A DNA stretch of 62,055 bases, filler included, from Sphacelaria rigidula (lineage: Eukaryota): the NCBI GenBank assembly GCA_964200075.2. It is 9 parts of 9 records of this genome, joined end to end, with 100 filler letters (N's around TTAATTAATTAA, not from the genome) between each part and the next. Parts side by side here need not be neighbours in the genome. Positions count along the whole stretch, not along the records: positions 55,251 to 62,055 come from CAXNAA020017993.1; 8 more parts are not named here. The stretch is one strand, 5' to 3'. The number at the start of each line of letters is the position of its first letter. Position 1 is the first letter of the stretch. Below the pieces are notes generated by a model. That model was not told the DNA's origin. It ran no database searches and worked only from the letters and a program-made list of their open reading frames with translations. The position numbers and the translations under genes were made by a program. Below, piece after piece: positions 61,996 through 62,055 of this stretch.

Positions 61996-62055
61996 GCTCC
62001 GTCTCGAAAGGGATGCGTGGTCAATGGTCAAACGACTAAGGCAAGCCACCAATGA
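61996..62055 (+). mobile_element. G-run-anchored element in poly(C)-tail orientation, cut by the window end
   Basis: C-rich flank, then GCTCCGTCTCGAAAGGGATGCGTGGTCAATGGTCAAACGACTAAGGCAAGC... Confidence 0.85.

Overview
Eukaryotic nuclear DNA, most likely from a brown alga (Phaeophyceae). The basis is an EsV-1-7 repeat gene, short GT-AG exons in long introns, and ~50% GC. The window is not one locus: it is nine unrelated contigs of 6805-6807 bp, sorted by length and joined by 100-nt artificial spacers (N44-TTAATTAATTAA-N44), so no synteny can be read across spacers. It is dominated by repeats: a decayed Ty1/copia element with two frame-restoring insertions, non-autonomous DNA transposons (piggyBac-, Sola2-, hAT-, Tc1/mariner- and P-like, plus a foldback), tRNA-headed SINEs and tandem arrays. 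Host gene fragments are an EsV-1-7 repeat ORF, five spliced exons of a MABP/beta-prism-like protein and some low-complexity exons. The most unusual signal is a ~65-nt element seen 11 times in two subfamilies. It abuts a G-run at one end, is variably truncated at the other, is flanked by G-rich direct repeats, and keeps hairpin stems while loops vary. It looks like a poly(C)-tailed structured RNA reverse-transcribed into G-tracts. The second is a 234-bp tandem array whose ~62-bp palindrome shows compensatory changes in both arms. Family assignments are by eye; no searches were run.
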